Below are positions 16,955-27,036 of a stretch of DNA of 64,000 nucleotides, in pieces (the stretch's first letter is position 1; every line of letters starts with the position of its first letter). The DNA is from Parcubacteria group bacterium. Lineage in GTDB: Bacteria > Patescibacteriota > Minisyncoccia > Moranbacterales > UBA2206. The notes beneath the pieces were generated by a model. It saw nothing but the letters and a program-made list of their open reading frames with translations. It had not been told where the DNA came from and did not search any database. The stretch covers positions 15,608 to 79,607 of the forward strand of contig JBAYLE010000003.1 of NCBI GenBank assembly GCA_041664225.1, written 5' to 3'. The position numbers and the translations under genes were made by a program.

Positions 16955-17027
16955 GCACCCATAGCTCAGTTGGTAGAGCAGATCCCTCTTAAGGATATGG
17001 TCGTAGGTTCAAGTCCTACTGGGTGCA
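16955..17027 (+). tRNA. tRNA-Lys(CTT)
   Basis: GCACCCA/TGGGTGC, anticodon loop CTCTTAA, T-loop TTCAAGT. Confidence 0.92.
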
Positions 17028-17043
17028 CAAAAGTCTCCAGAGT

Positions 17044-17115
17044 GGCGGTCATCGTCTATCGGTAAGACATCGGTTTGTGGTACCGAGAAGCTGGGTTCAA
17101 CTCCCAGTGACCGCC
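17044..17115 (+). tRNA. tRNA-His(GTG)
   Basis: G-1:C73, GCGGTCA/TGACCGC, anticodon arm TCGGT-TTGTGGT-ACCGA. Confidence 0.92.
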
Positions 17116-17141
17116 CCTATGTAGATTTTTACTTAAAAAAC

Positions 17142-17214
17142 GCGCCCTTAGCTCAGTGGATAGAGTGTCTGGCTTCGGACCAGAAGGTCGTAGGTTCGAA
17201 TCCTGCAGGGCGCA
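17142..17214 (+). tRNA. tRNA-Arg(TCG)
   Basis: GCGCCCT/AGGGCGC, anticodon arm TCTGG-CTTCGGA-CCAGA. Confidence 0.93.
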
Positions 17215-17220
17215 CTAACA

Positions 17221-17251
17221 AAAAAATACTTCTATCTCAGAAGTATTTTTT
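17221..17251. terminator. Bidirectional terminator
   Basis: AAAAAATACTTCT-ATCTC-AGAAGTATTTTTT. Confidence 0.75.
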
Positions 17252-17259
17252 GTTTGGCT

Positions 17260-17580
17260 CTATTTCAACCTAAAAATATCGGGGACATCACTAATTTTAT
17301 TCTCATATTCTTTCTTTCTTTTTCCGATTTCGTCGATGACCGAATTAAATCCTTTTTGATCGAATGATATAGCGCTCTCTTTGGTACTGATGTATTCTTG
17401 TTTTCGACTTTCGCTCCATTTGGGATTTGCCACATATACATACCACAGATAGCCGAAATAGCCCAATAGCAGAATGGCAATTAAAGTCAATGCCCATCCG
17501 CTTTTTCCAACAAAAAAACTGGCAACTTCACCCCACAGCTCCTTTATCTTTATTCCATTTTTTTTGAAATTCATGTTCAT
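17260..17580 (-). CDS. Single-TM hypothetical protein at the end of the pil operon
   Basis: One TM helix; located after the pilMNO-like genes. Confidence 0.7.
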   Translation of the reverse strand: MNMNFKKNGIKIKELWGEVASFFVGKSGWALTLIAILLLGYFGYLWYVYVANPKWSESRKQEYISTKESAISFDQKGFNSVIDEIGKRKKEYENKISDVPDIFRLK

Positions 17581-17583
17581 ACT

Positions 17584-18264
17584 TTAATTTTCTAAATACA
17601 CAACCACCCCCAAACTGCTTTTTAAAACATTCTCATTTTTCACTTGAACACTTGCATTGATTGTGTTGCCTTTTACGCCCAGGGAGCTTGCCCCGAAAGG
17701 ACTTGCGTTGCCTCCATTTTTGTTTGTTTGATCCTGAACGCTTCTAATCATATTAAGGGAAATGATATTCACATAGTAGTTCATATTCTCAAGTTTGTGG
17801 ATAAAATTCAATGCTCCATCATAATTACCTTCCAGATTTATCTGGATCGACAAATACTTTGAATATGGCAGGTTGTTTTTTATGTCCGTCTGGTCTTTCG
17901 AGGCTGCGGCGGGTTTTTGATTTTTGCTGGCAGTGTCATCAATTTTTAAATCAATCTTGTTGCCCGTCTCTTCCGCGAGTGATTCTATTTTTTTAATAAA
18001 ATCGACTTCGTTATCGCTATTTAAAATAATGTTGAGGTTATTTTTGTTTTCCGCGAAAGCCTCCTCTACTTTTTCCATCTCTGGAATCTTGGAAATTCGA
18101 GATTTGTTCATATCGCCGTCAATTATATTTCTTTGGATTTCATCCGAATTTTTTTGTATGCTTCTTTGCAAAGAAAAAACCACAAAAAACAAAACTAGAA
18201 ATAAAACCGCCAAAAAACCCGCGATGTTTATCAAAATATTGTATTTTTTCCAAATATTATTCAT
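17584..18264 (-). CDS. pilO: PilO-like type IV pilus alignment protein
   Basis: N-terminal TM, coiled coil, I.LEGNY..AL.FI.KLENM pattern; follows pilN. Confidence 0.7.
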   Translation of the reverse strand: MNNIWKKYNILINIAGFLAVLFLVLFFVVFSLQRSIQKNSDEIQRNIIDGDMNKSRISKIPEMEKVEEAFAENKNNLNIILNSDNEVDFIKKIESLAEETGNKIDLKIDDTASKNQKPAAASKDQTDIKNNLPYSKYLSIQINLEGNYDGALNFIHKLENMNYYVNIISLNMIRSVQDQTNKNGGNASPFGASSLGVKGNTINASVQVKNENVLKSSLGVVVYLEN

Positions 18265-18268
18265 AAAA

Positions 18269-18820
18269 TTATTTCAAACATTCTTTTTTGATTTGAAAAT
18301 CCATTTGGAAAACCATATTTTCCTTGGAAATTAGATTAGACAGAGGTAGATTGACGGCATCAAAACATTCGTCTTTTTCAATTCCGCTCTTAAGAGCCAA
18401 AAGATTATCTCGACTATCTGACTTACCCGTTAGAGAAATTTTGTAATTTTGAGTAGTTAAATTGTCAATTTCAATTCCGGATAAAACCTTGTCATCGAAC
18501 TTCATTAGAAATTTAGACCAATAAAGCTGTCCGCTCTGTATTTTATTTACTTTGGAAACTAAGCTGTTCATATCTTTTATTTCATTATCATATTTCTCAA
18601 TAGCCTTGCTTTGGCTGCTTTCTTTCGTAGCCACATCTGAGCTATAATTGGCTGAAAAAGCATTTATTTTCAATATATAATCCATGCTTAGCAGGCCAGC
18701 GATAAATAAAAATAGAACAAGAAACAATTCTCCCTCCCACTTCAAAAGTACCCTCAGACGGTAGGATTTTTTTATTTCTTCTTTTTTGTACGACGGAATG
18801 AGATTGAGTTTAATTCCCAT
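18269..18820 (-). CDS. pilN: PilN-like protein
   Basis: IKLNLIP N-terminal motif, TM, coiled coil, WS.F, I.LTG.. Confidence 0.8.
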   Translation of the reverse strand: MGIKLNLIPSYKKEEIKKSYRLRVLLKWEGELFLVLFLFIAGLLSMDYILKINAFSANYSSDVATKESSQSKAIEKYDNEIKDMNSLVSKVNKIQSGQLYWSKFLMKFDDKVLSGIEIDNLTTQNYKISLTGKSDSRDNLLALKSGIEKDECFDAVNLPLSNLISKENMVFQMDFQIKKECLK

Positions 18821-19892
18821 AATCAAGTGCTCGCAGAGCCAGACCGATAACTGTCGAATACCGGGCTGAACTTTCTTTATTAACTATAGGTAACTTATCG
18901 CCCATGCGCAGATTTGTCCATGGATCACCTAATTCTATTTCCCTGTTCAATCTTTTCGTCATATATGGTATCAGCCCCCTCATATTTGATCCGCCTCCGC
19001 ACAAAATAATATTTTTCACTTCAGAATTATCTTTATTGATTTCTCCGTAGAAATCCATGGTTTTTTCAATTTCGTGGATTAAGTTTTCCAAAAGGAACTT
19101 TACGGCCTCAAAAACAGGATTATCAATGCCTGATTCAATGCCATGGGCAATTTTAATCTTTTCCGCCTCTGCTGAAGTGATATTCAGCCTTTTGGAAATC
19201 GTATCATTTATGCCCTCGGATGAAAAAGGAATGCTGGAAGTAAAATAAGGTACCCCGCCATCCACTATAATAAAGCTGGTTCGTTGGGCTCCTAAATCAA
19301 CTATAAGGGTCACGTTCTTCTCGCCCTTGTCATCTTTTTGTTTGACCAGGCTTCTGGCGCTAGCGACTGATTCAACCTCCAGGCCATAGACTTCCAAGCC
19401 CGCCCCTTCTAGAACTTCAATAAAATCATCCACAATATCCTTTGAAACAGCTGCTGTCAAAACGTTCTGCTTGTTTTTATTTTTCGCTTCCAAAAATTGC
19501 CAATCGTAATAAACCTGTTCAATGGGCATGGGAATGTTCGCTTCCATTTCCCATTTGACCGCCTCTGCCGCTTCAGTTTCCTCGATCTTAGGTATGCTGA
19601 TTATGCGCAAAAAGGCCTTGGATTCCGGCAAGGAACAAATAACCTTGTTGGTTTTTATTTTTTGGGGGCCGGCTTTTTTTATTGTTTCCCGTATGATCGC
19701 GCTAACCTGTTCCTTGTTCATGATTTTTCCATCCTCGATGTAGCCCGCTGGAATTTCAGCTATGGCATAGCTTCTAATTTTTTCAATTTTGCCTTGCCTC
19801 TCTAATTGCATCACTTTGATTGAAAGATCGCTCAGATCAACGCCAAAAATTTCCGGGTCAACGCTAAATATTTTTTTATTGAGAAAACTCAT
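18810..19892 (-). CDS. pilM: Type IV pilus assembly protein PilM
   Basis: FGVDLSDLSIK, IVDLGAQRT, ILCGGGS, IGLALR. Confidence 0.92.
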   Translation of the reverse strand: MSFLNKKIFSVDPEIFGVDLSDLSIKVMQLERQGKIEKIRSYAIAEIPAGYIEDGKIMNKEQVSAIIRETIKKAGPQKIKTNKVICSLPESKAFLRIISIPKIEETEAAEAVKWEMEANIPMPIEQVYYDWQFLEAKNKNKQNVLTAAVSKDIVDDFIEVLEGAGLEVYGLEVESVASARSLVKQKDDKGEKNVTLIVDLGAQRTSFIIVDGGVPYFTSSIPFSSEGINDTISKRLNITSAEAEKIKIAHGIESGIDNPVFEAVKFLLENLIHEIEKTMDFYGEINKDNSEVKNIILCGGGSNMRGLIPYMTKRLNREIELGDPWTNLRMGDKLPIVNKESSARYSTVIGLALRALDYGN

Positions 19893-19894
19893 TT

Positions 19895-20011
19895 TAAGTT
19901 TATAATGTTATAAAGTTGAAAGTTTATAAAGTATTTTCTTCAATATTAACACACTTTATAAACTTTATGAACTTTAAAAACTTTTTACTTTTAACTTTTA
20001 ACTTTTAACTT
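19895..20011. repeat. Inverted short-repeat array (AAAGTT / AACTTT, ACTTTTA heptamers)
   Basis: TAAAGTT units, then ACTTTATAA, ACTTTATGA and (ACTTTTA)n. Confidence 0.75.
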
Positions 20012-21560
20012 ATAGCTCTTCCCATTGATCTATGGAATACTCCGTGCCGGTCGGAAAATACGGCGGCGGACAATACAGCAATTGATTGTTGAAATTATAG
20101 ACGCGTCCTTCGAATCCGCTGACGCCGCTTTTGAAATAAGGCTGTAAAAAGGAAGCGATGGCTCCATTAAATGTCAGTGCATATTTTCCGCCCATACCCG
20201 TAACTATGCCAACCTTGCCGGTCTGCGCCAACAAAGCTGCATCCACCGTGAAATCGCTGGGACAATCATTTAAAACTAAGATGTCCTTTTGTGCCACTAA
20301 CCCCAGCATATTGTCGCAATTATAGTCGGCTAAGCGGATATCATAATCGCTAATACCGATATAGATGTCCGCATTGCCGCCCGATAAATCGGCGGCCGCA
20401 ACAGTTACTCTTCGATTATTCAAGCTTCCTTCGAACCAGACGTTGTCTTCGACAAAAATAACTCCGTTATCCACAATATTGTAATTGTTCAAACTTACGC
20501 ATTTTCCCCTGGCGGGCTTACTCCCTTGTATATGTGGACAGTCAGCAAGAGCACAGCATGAGGAAACAGTGCAAGCATCGCCATTGGTTCCACTGTATGA
20601 TCCCGAAGCTCCAGTAATGATTCCTTTATAATTGCTTATGGAATGATTGGGGTTAGCCGAATTAACCGTACAAATATCATAGGTTCCGTCAGTTTTTATA
20701 TTAATCCTTCTACCTACTCCATCACTATTAAAATATTTTCCCGATCCAGCCTCGGCCTCAGCTTTCATGTTGATAAAGTCAGCCGAGATTCCGGCGAAGC
20801 TCACTTCCGGCACCGGAAACTGACGTCCGCCTTCGAAGATGTCCGGACGATTAGGCACGGTTCCATCCGGCCAGGGATAGGAGGGCGCGTCATCTTCCAC
20901 GGCAGCCGCTGATTCATGCGTGTGCACTCCCAAACTTAAATCGCTTCCTCCGTGCGTCGGATCATCAAAGGACGGAAGCAAAGAGCTGACCGTATTGTGC
21001 GCCAATCCGTCAAACCGAATGCCGTTATTGGAATGGACCTTGCCAAAAACCTCCGCTTGATCGCCGAAATTCATAAAGCTGTTCGACAAAAATATGTATT
21101 CACTCCAAGATGGACGCCTGAAACGCACTCTGACTGCTCGTTGGACGTCCGGCGTTTTTACACTCTCTCCCGTGACAGTAATTGTCGCGATAGTTGAATT
21201 AGCGCCAGGTGGATCTAAATGGACCGAATAACTTCCCAGCTTATCCCCGGTCTCTGAATCGTTAAAATCTGCCGTATAATCGCCAGTAACGCCCAGAGTG
21301 GAACTGTCCTGCCAGAAAGTTTTTAGTTGCTGGGCGTCCATGCCATCGGTCGCGTGCGCCAAATACCAGCGATAATAATAAACTCCCGCCTCGGCGACCT
21401 GAAAAGCTTTCTCCCTCTCAACTCGATTAAAACTGAACTTCAATTGCATAACAATATAACTGATCATAGAAACAAGCAGAATCGAAACAACCGCCGTCAT
21501 GACTAGCGCATAAGCTACGGCTGATCCTCTTTTTGAATTTTTGTTTTTATAAATCAACAT
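20010..21560 (-). CDS. PilX-like minor pilin / large pilus-tip protein
   Basis: KRGSA followed by a hydrophobic helix, AF.VAEAG, G.VHSN, PPPYFP C-terminus. Confidence 0.8.
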   Translation of the reverse strand: MLIYKNKNSKRGSAVAYALVMTAVVSILLVSMISYIVMQLKFSFNRVEREKAFQVAEAGVYYYRWYLAHATDGMDAQQLKTFWQDSSTLGVTGDYTADFNDSETGDKLGSYSVHLDPPGANSTIATITVTGESVKTPDVQRAVRVRFRRPSWSEYIFLSNSFMNFGDQAEVFGKVHSNNGIRFDGLAHNTVSSLLPSFDDPTHGGSDLSLGVHTHESAAAVEDDAPSYPWPDGTVPNRPDIFEGGRQFPVPEVSFAGISADFINMKAEAEAGSGKYFNSDGVGRRINIKTDGTYDICTVNSANPNHSISNYKGIITGASGSYSGTNGDACTVSSCCALADCPHIQGSKPARGKCVSLNNYNIVDNGVIFVEDNVWFEGSLNNRRVTVAAADLSGGNADIYIGISDYDIRLADYNCDNMLGLVAQKDILVLNDCPSDFTVDAALLAQTGKVGIVTGMGGKYALTFNGAIASFLQPYFKSGVSGFEGRVYNFNNQLLYCPPPYFPTGTEYSIDQWEEL

Positions 21561-21577
21561 AATTTTAAAAAAAGTTT

Positions 21578-22213
21578 TTATATTCCAAACCGATCATGAT
21601 CATTTAAATTTCTCATTTCCGCAAAAGATTGGATCTGCACATTGTCCGGCGCGTGGTTTGGATCGATATTCACATGTAAGGTGACTCGTACCAATCTGAC
21701 ATTAGGAACCGTGGCCGGCGTTGCAATCGGATTATTAACACTATCTTCTGGATAACTTGAATCATAATAAGCAAAAATTGGATTTCCCGTAGTATTAACG
21801 ACACGAGAAATAATGACTTGAGTCGTCCCGTCGCCTGACGCGTAAGTGATTGGAAAGCTGGAAGACGGCTCGCGAACTCCCAAAATAACATCTGACCCAC
21901 TGCGATATATATGGATCCTTTCCGTGACGCCGTCCCGATCATAATCGCAATAAACCACTATGTCATTGTCATTAGCAGAAACAACCGGGTAGGAACCATT
22001 GTCGCTTTGCCGCACTTCACGCAAGTAGCGCACAATCTGATTAACTCCCTGAGAAGCAGCCATAGACACTTGCCCCATTTCCAAAGTATATTTATTCTGT
22101 TGCCAAGAATTTTTAAACAGCATGGTAAAACCCAAAATGCCAATGGTAAATATAGCTATCGCCAGTAGCATCTCGATTATAGTCATTCCCTTGTAATTTT
22201 GTTTTTTCATCAT
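21578..22213 (-). CDS. Prepilin (PilW-like minor pilin)
   Basis: Type IV prepilin leader KG|MTIIEMLLAI. Confidence 0.85.
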   Translation of the reverse strand: MMKKQNYKGMTIIEMLLAIAIFTIGILGFTMLFKNSWQQNKYTLEMGQVSMAASQGVNQIVRYLREVRQSDNGSYPVVSANDNDIVVYCDYDRDGVTERIHIYRSGSDVILGVREPSSSFPITYASGDGTTQVIISRVVNTTGNPIFAYYDSSYPEDSVNNPIATPATVPNVRLVRVTLHVNIDPNHAPDNVQIQSFAEMRNLNDHDRFGI

Positions 22214-23583
22214 GTTTGCAAGTCAAGTTCAACTGTTTTTTCTTTTAACTCATTTTCATTGATAGTCACGCTTTCCGAATAATCAACCAATCCATCCGCC
22301 GTAACTGCAAGAGTATAATCACCATCCGTAAATGATACATCATCAGATCGCGGGAAAAAAGCCAGTCCATCTTTTGAGGTAACTGCGGTTTTATCATAGC
22401 CAGAACCATTAGTTAAACGAACGCTCGCCCCCTCCAACAGGCTGAGATCGTCCGCTCTAGAAATTGTCACTAGGAGAGCAGCCACATCTTTGCGGCTAAC
22501 TTTCACATTCATATCCAATGATCCTCCTGGCGCCAAAACGGCCGGCGAAACCGGATCGTACCCAACAACTTCATAGTCAGAATCATTAAGAGTAAAGGTG
22601 TAATTACCGGGATCGATAGAGCTGAAATTTTTTTCTCCGCTGGAATTAGTAGTATAATCCGCATCAGTGCTGTATTTAGGAACAGCCGGTGCCATCGGAT
22701 CTGCGTTATATTCGGTTCCGATTTGTCTTCCGCCGATAAGATGAAAATCGATATCCGGTACGCTATCTCCCTTGTAATCCTTTGTCTTTATGGATAAATC
22801 AGACAATTCATTCTGATAAATATTAATTGTATTCAAACCACCAGCCACCACAGAGGCATTCTCCGGAATAGGATTGTAACTAGTATCGGGATACGGAGGC
22901 AAGGAGGCAATGGTTTCATATCCGCTTTTTGTAACAGTAATAACGTATTTTTTTATTGATTCAGAAAGTCCAACCATCATCAGTCGCCCATAATTATCAG
23001 TAGAGTGTGTTTCATCGAGACCAGTATCACTATTTTGGATGCGAACCAAGCTCTGAGGAATAATCCCTCCCCCCTTGTCGCTGCTAACATTAATTACCAA
23101 AACGCCCTTGTTAGCTGTCGGCTGTTCGACGCCAGCCGGAACAAAACGAGAATTCATAGAGACTTTATATTGCCCGTTATTCCATGATACCGTTATTTTC
23201 ACATATTTATAATCAATAAAATCAACGTCATTCGGACTGCCACCCAATGTTCCGTCAAATGGATCGTCCTCATTTTTTATTTGCGTTAAAACATTGAAGC
23301 TTGCCCCGTTCCTGACAATATCTTCACTTTCATGCAGATTTCCGGCCGGATCGCCAGTGGTGTGAGCTATATCATCAAAGGCCAAGTTTCGCACAATCTC
23401 CATTTTTTCATTCGCCAAAGCTAACGCTGCCAAACGATTCTTGGAATTGATGATATACTGGGTACCCAAAGAATAAGAGCGATAAAAAGTTACCGTTACA
23501 ATAGAAAAGATAAACAGAAAAATCAAAGCCTCAATTAAAGTAAACGCTGGCCTAATTTTGTTTTTTGTTTTTTGTTTTTTCAT
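22210..23583 (-). CDS. Prepilin with carboxypeptidase-regulatory-like Ig repeats (PilV-like)
   Basis: A|FTLIE leader, A..LANEKME.VRNL, and repeated TD..G / Y.I.V...GY beta domains. Confidence 0.8.
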   Translation of the reverse strand: MKKQKTKNKIRPAFTLIEALIFLFIFSIVTVTFYRSYSLGTQYIINSKNRLAALALANEKMEIVRNLAFDDIAHTTGDPAGNLHESEDIVRNGASFNVLTQIKNEDDPFDGTLGGSPNDVDFIDYKYVKITVSWNNGQYKVSMNSRFVPAGVEQPTANKGVLVINVSSDKGGGIIPQSLVRIQNSDTGLDETHSTDNYGRLMMVGLSESIKKYVITVTKSGYETIASLPPYPDTSYNPIPENASVVAGGLNTINIYQNELSDLSIKTKDYKGDSVPDIDFHLIGGRQIGTEYNADPMAPAVPKYSTDADYTTNSSGEKNFSSIDPGNYTFTLNDSDYEVVGYDPVSPAVLAPGGSLDMNVKVSRKDVAALLVTISRADDLSLLEGASVRLTNGSGYDKTAVTSKDGLAFFPRSDDVSFTDGDYTLAVTADGLVDYSESVTINENELKEKTVELDLQT

Positions 23584-24803
23584 TTGATATTTTCCAACAC
23601 GCTGTACATCGGTTGCAAAATGGAAATCGCGAAAAAACCGACTGCGCTGCCGATAATAATCATCAGGACCGGTTCGATTATGGAGGATAGATTTTTGGTT
23701 TGCTGATCAACTTCAGCTTCATAGAATTCCGCCAGTTTCATCAGCACCATTTCAGTTTTTCCCGTTTCTTCTCCCACTTCGATCATTTGCGGCACCAGGA
23801 TCGGAAATATTTTCTTTTCCTCATAAAAAAGTTTACTTAAATTTACTCCCTTTTGAATGTTTTCCGCCGCGTTTTCCAGCGCCCTTTTATAATAAAAGTT
23901 TGTAAGCGTCCGGGAAAGTATTTTTAGGGCTTCAACTACTGACACGCCGCTTTTCAAAAGCGAACTATAAATTCTGGCGAAACGCGCGCAATTCACCTTA
24001 ATGACGATATTTTTCACCACTGGAATGCGAATAGCCAGAAAACCGAATATTTTTTTACCGATTGGGGTGGTTGTGAGAACCTTCAGACCAAGCGCTAAGG
24101 CAATCATCCCAAAAATCAAGATCAGGTAGTGATATTTCATAAAATCACTGGCGCTGATGATAAACTGGGTCGTTGGCGGTAAGTTGGCATTCAGGTCTTT
24201 GAACACTCCCGTTATTTGCGGCACCACAAAAATCATCATCAGCACTCCGATGCCCATCATTGCCACAAGTATGACTGCGGGATAAGTCATAGCGCCTTTG
24301 ACCTTGCTGATAATTTCATGCTCTTTTTCCAGCTGGCCAGCTAAAATATTAAGCACTTCTTCCAGATTTCCGCTGGCTTCACCGACACGGACCATATTGA
24401 CAAAAAGCTCATTAAAAATTCCGGGATATTTAGTCAGTGAATCAGCAAATGTATTCCCGGATTGCAAGCCTTCTTGGATATCTTCCAAAACCTTTATAAA
24501 TCTTTTATTTTTGGTTTGCGAGGTGATATTTTTTATGGCGCGCGAAAGCGGCAAACCGGAGGAGATCATCACACTCAGATTTCTGGCAAACATCATTTTT
24601 TCGCTGACCGGAATGCTGGAAAAACGATCAAGAAAATTAACTTTTGCCTTGTCGTTTTTTTCTTCCTCTAAAACTTTAAAGGAAGTCAGAATAAAATTTT
24701 CCGATCTCAACTGATTGGCCAGATCTCTTTCGTCTTTGACGTTCATTTCTCCCCCTTTTGTTTCTCCGGAAAAACTTTTCGCTGTATAAACTACTTTGGG
24801 CAT
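23580..24803 (-). CDS. pilC: Type IV pilus platform protein PilC (T2SS-F family)
   Basis: LSVMISSGLP, VGEASGNL, AMTYP, VGEETG, IEP. Confidence 0.93.
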   Translation of the reverse strand: MPKVVYTAKSFSGETKGGEMNVKDERDLANQLRSENFILTSFKVLEEEKNDKAKVNFLDRFSSIPVSEKMMFARNLSVMISSGLPLSRAIKNITSQTKNKRFIKVLEDIQEGLQSGNTFADSLTKYPGIFNELFVNMVRVGEASGNLEEVLNILAGQLEKEHEIISKVKGAMTYPAVILVAMMGIGVLMMIFVVPQITGVFKDLNANLPPTTQFIISASDFMKYHYLILIFGMIALALGLKVLTTTPIGKKIFGFLAIRIPVVKNIVIKVNCARFARIYSSLLKSGVSVVEALKILSRTLTNFYYKRALENAAENIQKGVNLSKLFYEEKKIFPILVPQMIEVGEETGKTEMVLMKLAEFYEAEVDQQTKNLSSIIEPVLMIIIGSAVGFFAISILQPMYSVLENIK

Positions 24804-24869
24804 ACTAATTTTTATTTTGTGTATTTATTTTAGTTATAGCCATGAACTCCGTCAACTGTGAACAGCAAA

Positions 24870-26618
24870 TCATTCTTTAGTTACTCTCAAAACTTCTTCT
24901 ACTGAAGTGATGCCCTGGATCGCCTTGGCAAATCCGTCTTCGACCATCGTTAGCATGCCCTTTTCCTTGGCTTTATTTTCCATATCAGTCGCCTCCGCTT
25001 TCTGAGAAATCATTTTTTCAATTTCGTCATCCACTTCCAAAACTTCATAAATTCCCAACCTTCCCTTATATCCGGTGCCGCTGCATTGTTCACAGCCGGC
25101 CGGTTTGAAAAATTTGATATCCATCCATTTAGCCTTTTCATCGAGTTTGCCTTTCAAAATTTCTACTTTTCTTAAATTCTTCAAAATCGCCTCCATATCG
25201 AAAGCTTCTTCAAAATTTTTCAGCATTTTATCATTCAACTTATATTCTTTGCGGCAATCCGGGCAAAGCTTTCGCACCAGCCGCTGAGCGATGACAACAT
25301 TGAGCGTCGACGCGACCAAAAACGGTTCCGCTCCCATGTCGATCAGCCGGGGCAATGTTCCGGCGGCGCTATTGGTATGCAAAGTGGAAAGCACTAAATG
25401 GCCCGTCATAGCGGCTTGGATTGCCATTTCCATGGTTTCTTTATCGCGAATTTCACCTACCATAATGATGTCTGGATCCTGACGCAAAAGAGAACGCAGC
25501 CCTGCCGCGAAAGTCAGACCGACTTTCGGATAAATTTGCGTCTGATTTATCCGCGGCATCCGATATTCCACCGGATCTTCTACTGTACTGATGTTTACAT
25601 CCGGCTGATTTAGAATATCCATGATCGTGTACAGTGTCGTGGTTTTCCCTGATCCGGTCGGGCCAGTGACCAAGATCATGCCGTTTGGCTTTTTTATCTG
25701 CCGATGCATTATTTCCAATCCATATCCGTATAGCCCCATTTTTTCCATAGTCAGGCCCTTGGAAGATTCATCCAGAAGACGCATTACGATTTTTTCTCCG
25801 TCAAATATCGGCAAAATGCTTACCCGGAAAGAAATCCGGGTGCCCTCTTTTTCAATTTTGAATCTGCCGTCTTGCGGAACGCGGTGTTCATCCAGTTTTA
25901 AATTCGAGAGAACTTTGATACGCGCAATAATTCCTTGGGCAACCTGCTTAGGCAGGGTCATGGCGTCATGCAAAATTCCGTCAATCCGATAACGGACGCG
26001 CACTTCTTTTTCATCCGGTTCAATATGAATATCACTGGCTGATTGCAAAATCGCGTGCTTGATCAAGGTATCGACAATTTTAATGATTGGCAATCCCTGC
26101 GCGATTTTTTCCAAATCTTCCTCGGCCTCGTCGAGCCCGGCTTCATCCGCATTTTTGCTGATGATGTCGCCGAACTCAGCCTTAAGGCTTTTTTCGTATT
26201 GCTTCAGAACGACGCTGATGCTTTCTTCTGAAGTTAGACAGGTTACAATCTTGAGTCCGGTTTTTTTGCGGATGAAATCAATCGTTTGGATATCTTCCGG
26301 ATTAAGCATAGCAATTTTCAAGTTTTGCCCTTCTTTGGCAAAAGCAATAATATTGTATTTTTTCGCAATCGGTTCTGGAACAATTTGCAAAATGTCCGCG
26401 GGTATCATTTCCTTAGTAAGATCCACGAAGGGCACGCCTAAAATATATGCATACAACTTGCGCAATTGGACTTCCAGAATTAATTTTTTTTCAACCAAAA
26501 GCTCGCCCAGCCTTTTGTCTCCGTTTTGAGCTTCTTCAAATGCCGCTTCCAACTCCTCATCCTTTACCATGCCGGCATCTTTGATAAAATCTCTTAGTTG
26601 TGTGTTTTCGATCCGCAT
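24870..26618 (-). CDS. pilB: Type IV pilus assembly ATPase PilB (GspE family)
   Basis: ASDIHIEP, PQDGRF, GPTGSGKTTTLY, EDPVEY, LRQDPD, GHLVLSTLHTN, zinc CxxC motifs. Confidence 0.95.
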   Translation of the reverse strand: MRIENTQLRDFIKDAGMVKDEELEAAFEEAQNGDKRLGELLVEKKLILEVQLRKLYAYILGVPFVDLTKEMIPADILQIVPEPIAKKYNIIAFAKEGQNLKIAMLNPEDIQTIDFIRKKTGLKIVTCLTSEESISVVLKQYEKSLKAEFGDIISKNADEAGLDEAEEDLEKIAQGLPIIKIVDTLIKHAILQSASDIHIEPDEKEVRVRYRIDGILHDAMTLPKQVAQGIIARIKVLSNLKLDEHRVPQDGRFKIEKEGTRISFRVSILPIFDGEKIVMRLLDESSKGLTMEKMGLYGYGLEIMHRQIKKPNGMILVTGPTGSGKTTTLYTIMDILNQPDVNISTVEDPVEYRMPRINQTQIYPKVGLTFAAGLRSLLRQDPDIIMVGEIRDKETMEMAIQAAMTGHLVLSTLHTNSAAGTLPRLIDMGAEPFLVASTLNVVIAQRLVRKLCPDCRKEYKLNDKMLKNFEEAFDMEAILKNLRKVEILKGKLDEKAKWMDIKFFKPAGCEQCSGTGYKGRLGIYEVLEVDDEIEKMISQKAEATDMENKAKEKGMLTMVEDGFAKAIQGITSVEEVLRVTKE

Positions 26619-26628
26619 TAGCAATTTC

Positions 26629-27003
26629 TTACATTTTTAATGTCGATTTTATTTTTTTCACGATATCCTCGAGTTTATAATTTGATTTGACAAGATAAGT
26701 ACTGGCTCCATTTTCAAAAGCCTTTTCTATGTCCTCCGGGCCTTCCAGATTGGTGAGCAATATGACTGGAATTCTTTTGGTCTGTTCGGATTGCTTCAGC
26801 TCCGCCAAAACTTCGTAACCGTCTTTTTTGGGTAAAATTATATCCAGCAAAATCAGATCTGGCTTTTCTTCTTGGGCCATTGCCAGGCCCTTTTCTCCAT
26901 CCAAAGCGCTGATGACTTCGAAATTTTCCTCCTCAAGAAACTCGCTTAAAGATTTTTGCAAAGACACTTCGTCTTCGATCACCAGGATTTTTTTATTATC
27001 CAT
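26629..27003 (-). CDS. Single-domain response regulator (receiver only)
   Basis: ILVIEDE, PDLILLDIILP, ILLTN, GA..YLVK. Confidence 0.92.
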   Translation of the reverse strand: MDNKKILVIEDEVSLQKSLSEFLEEENFEVISALDGEKGLAMAQEEKPDLILLDIILPKKDGYEVLAELKQSEQTKRIPVILLTNLEGPEDIEKAFENGASTYLVKSNYKLEDIVKKIKSTLKM

Positions 27004-27036
27004 ACTTTTTTAAAATAAGAATTAATTATTTTTCGA

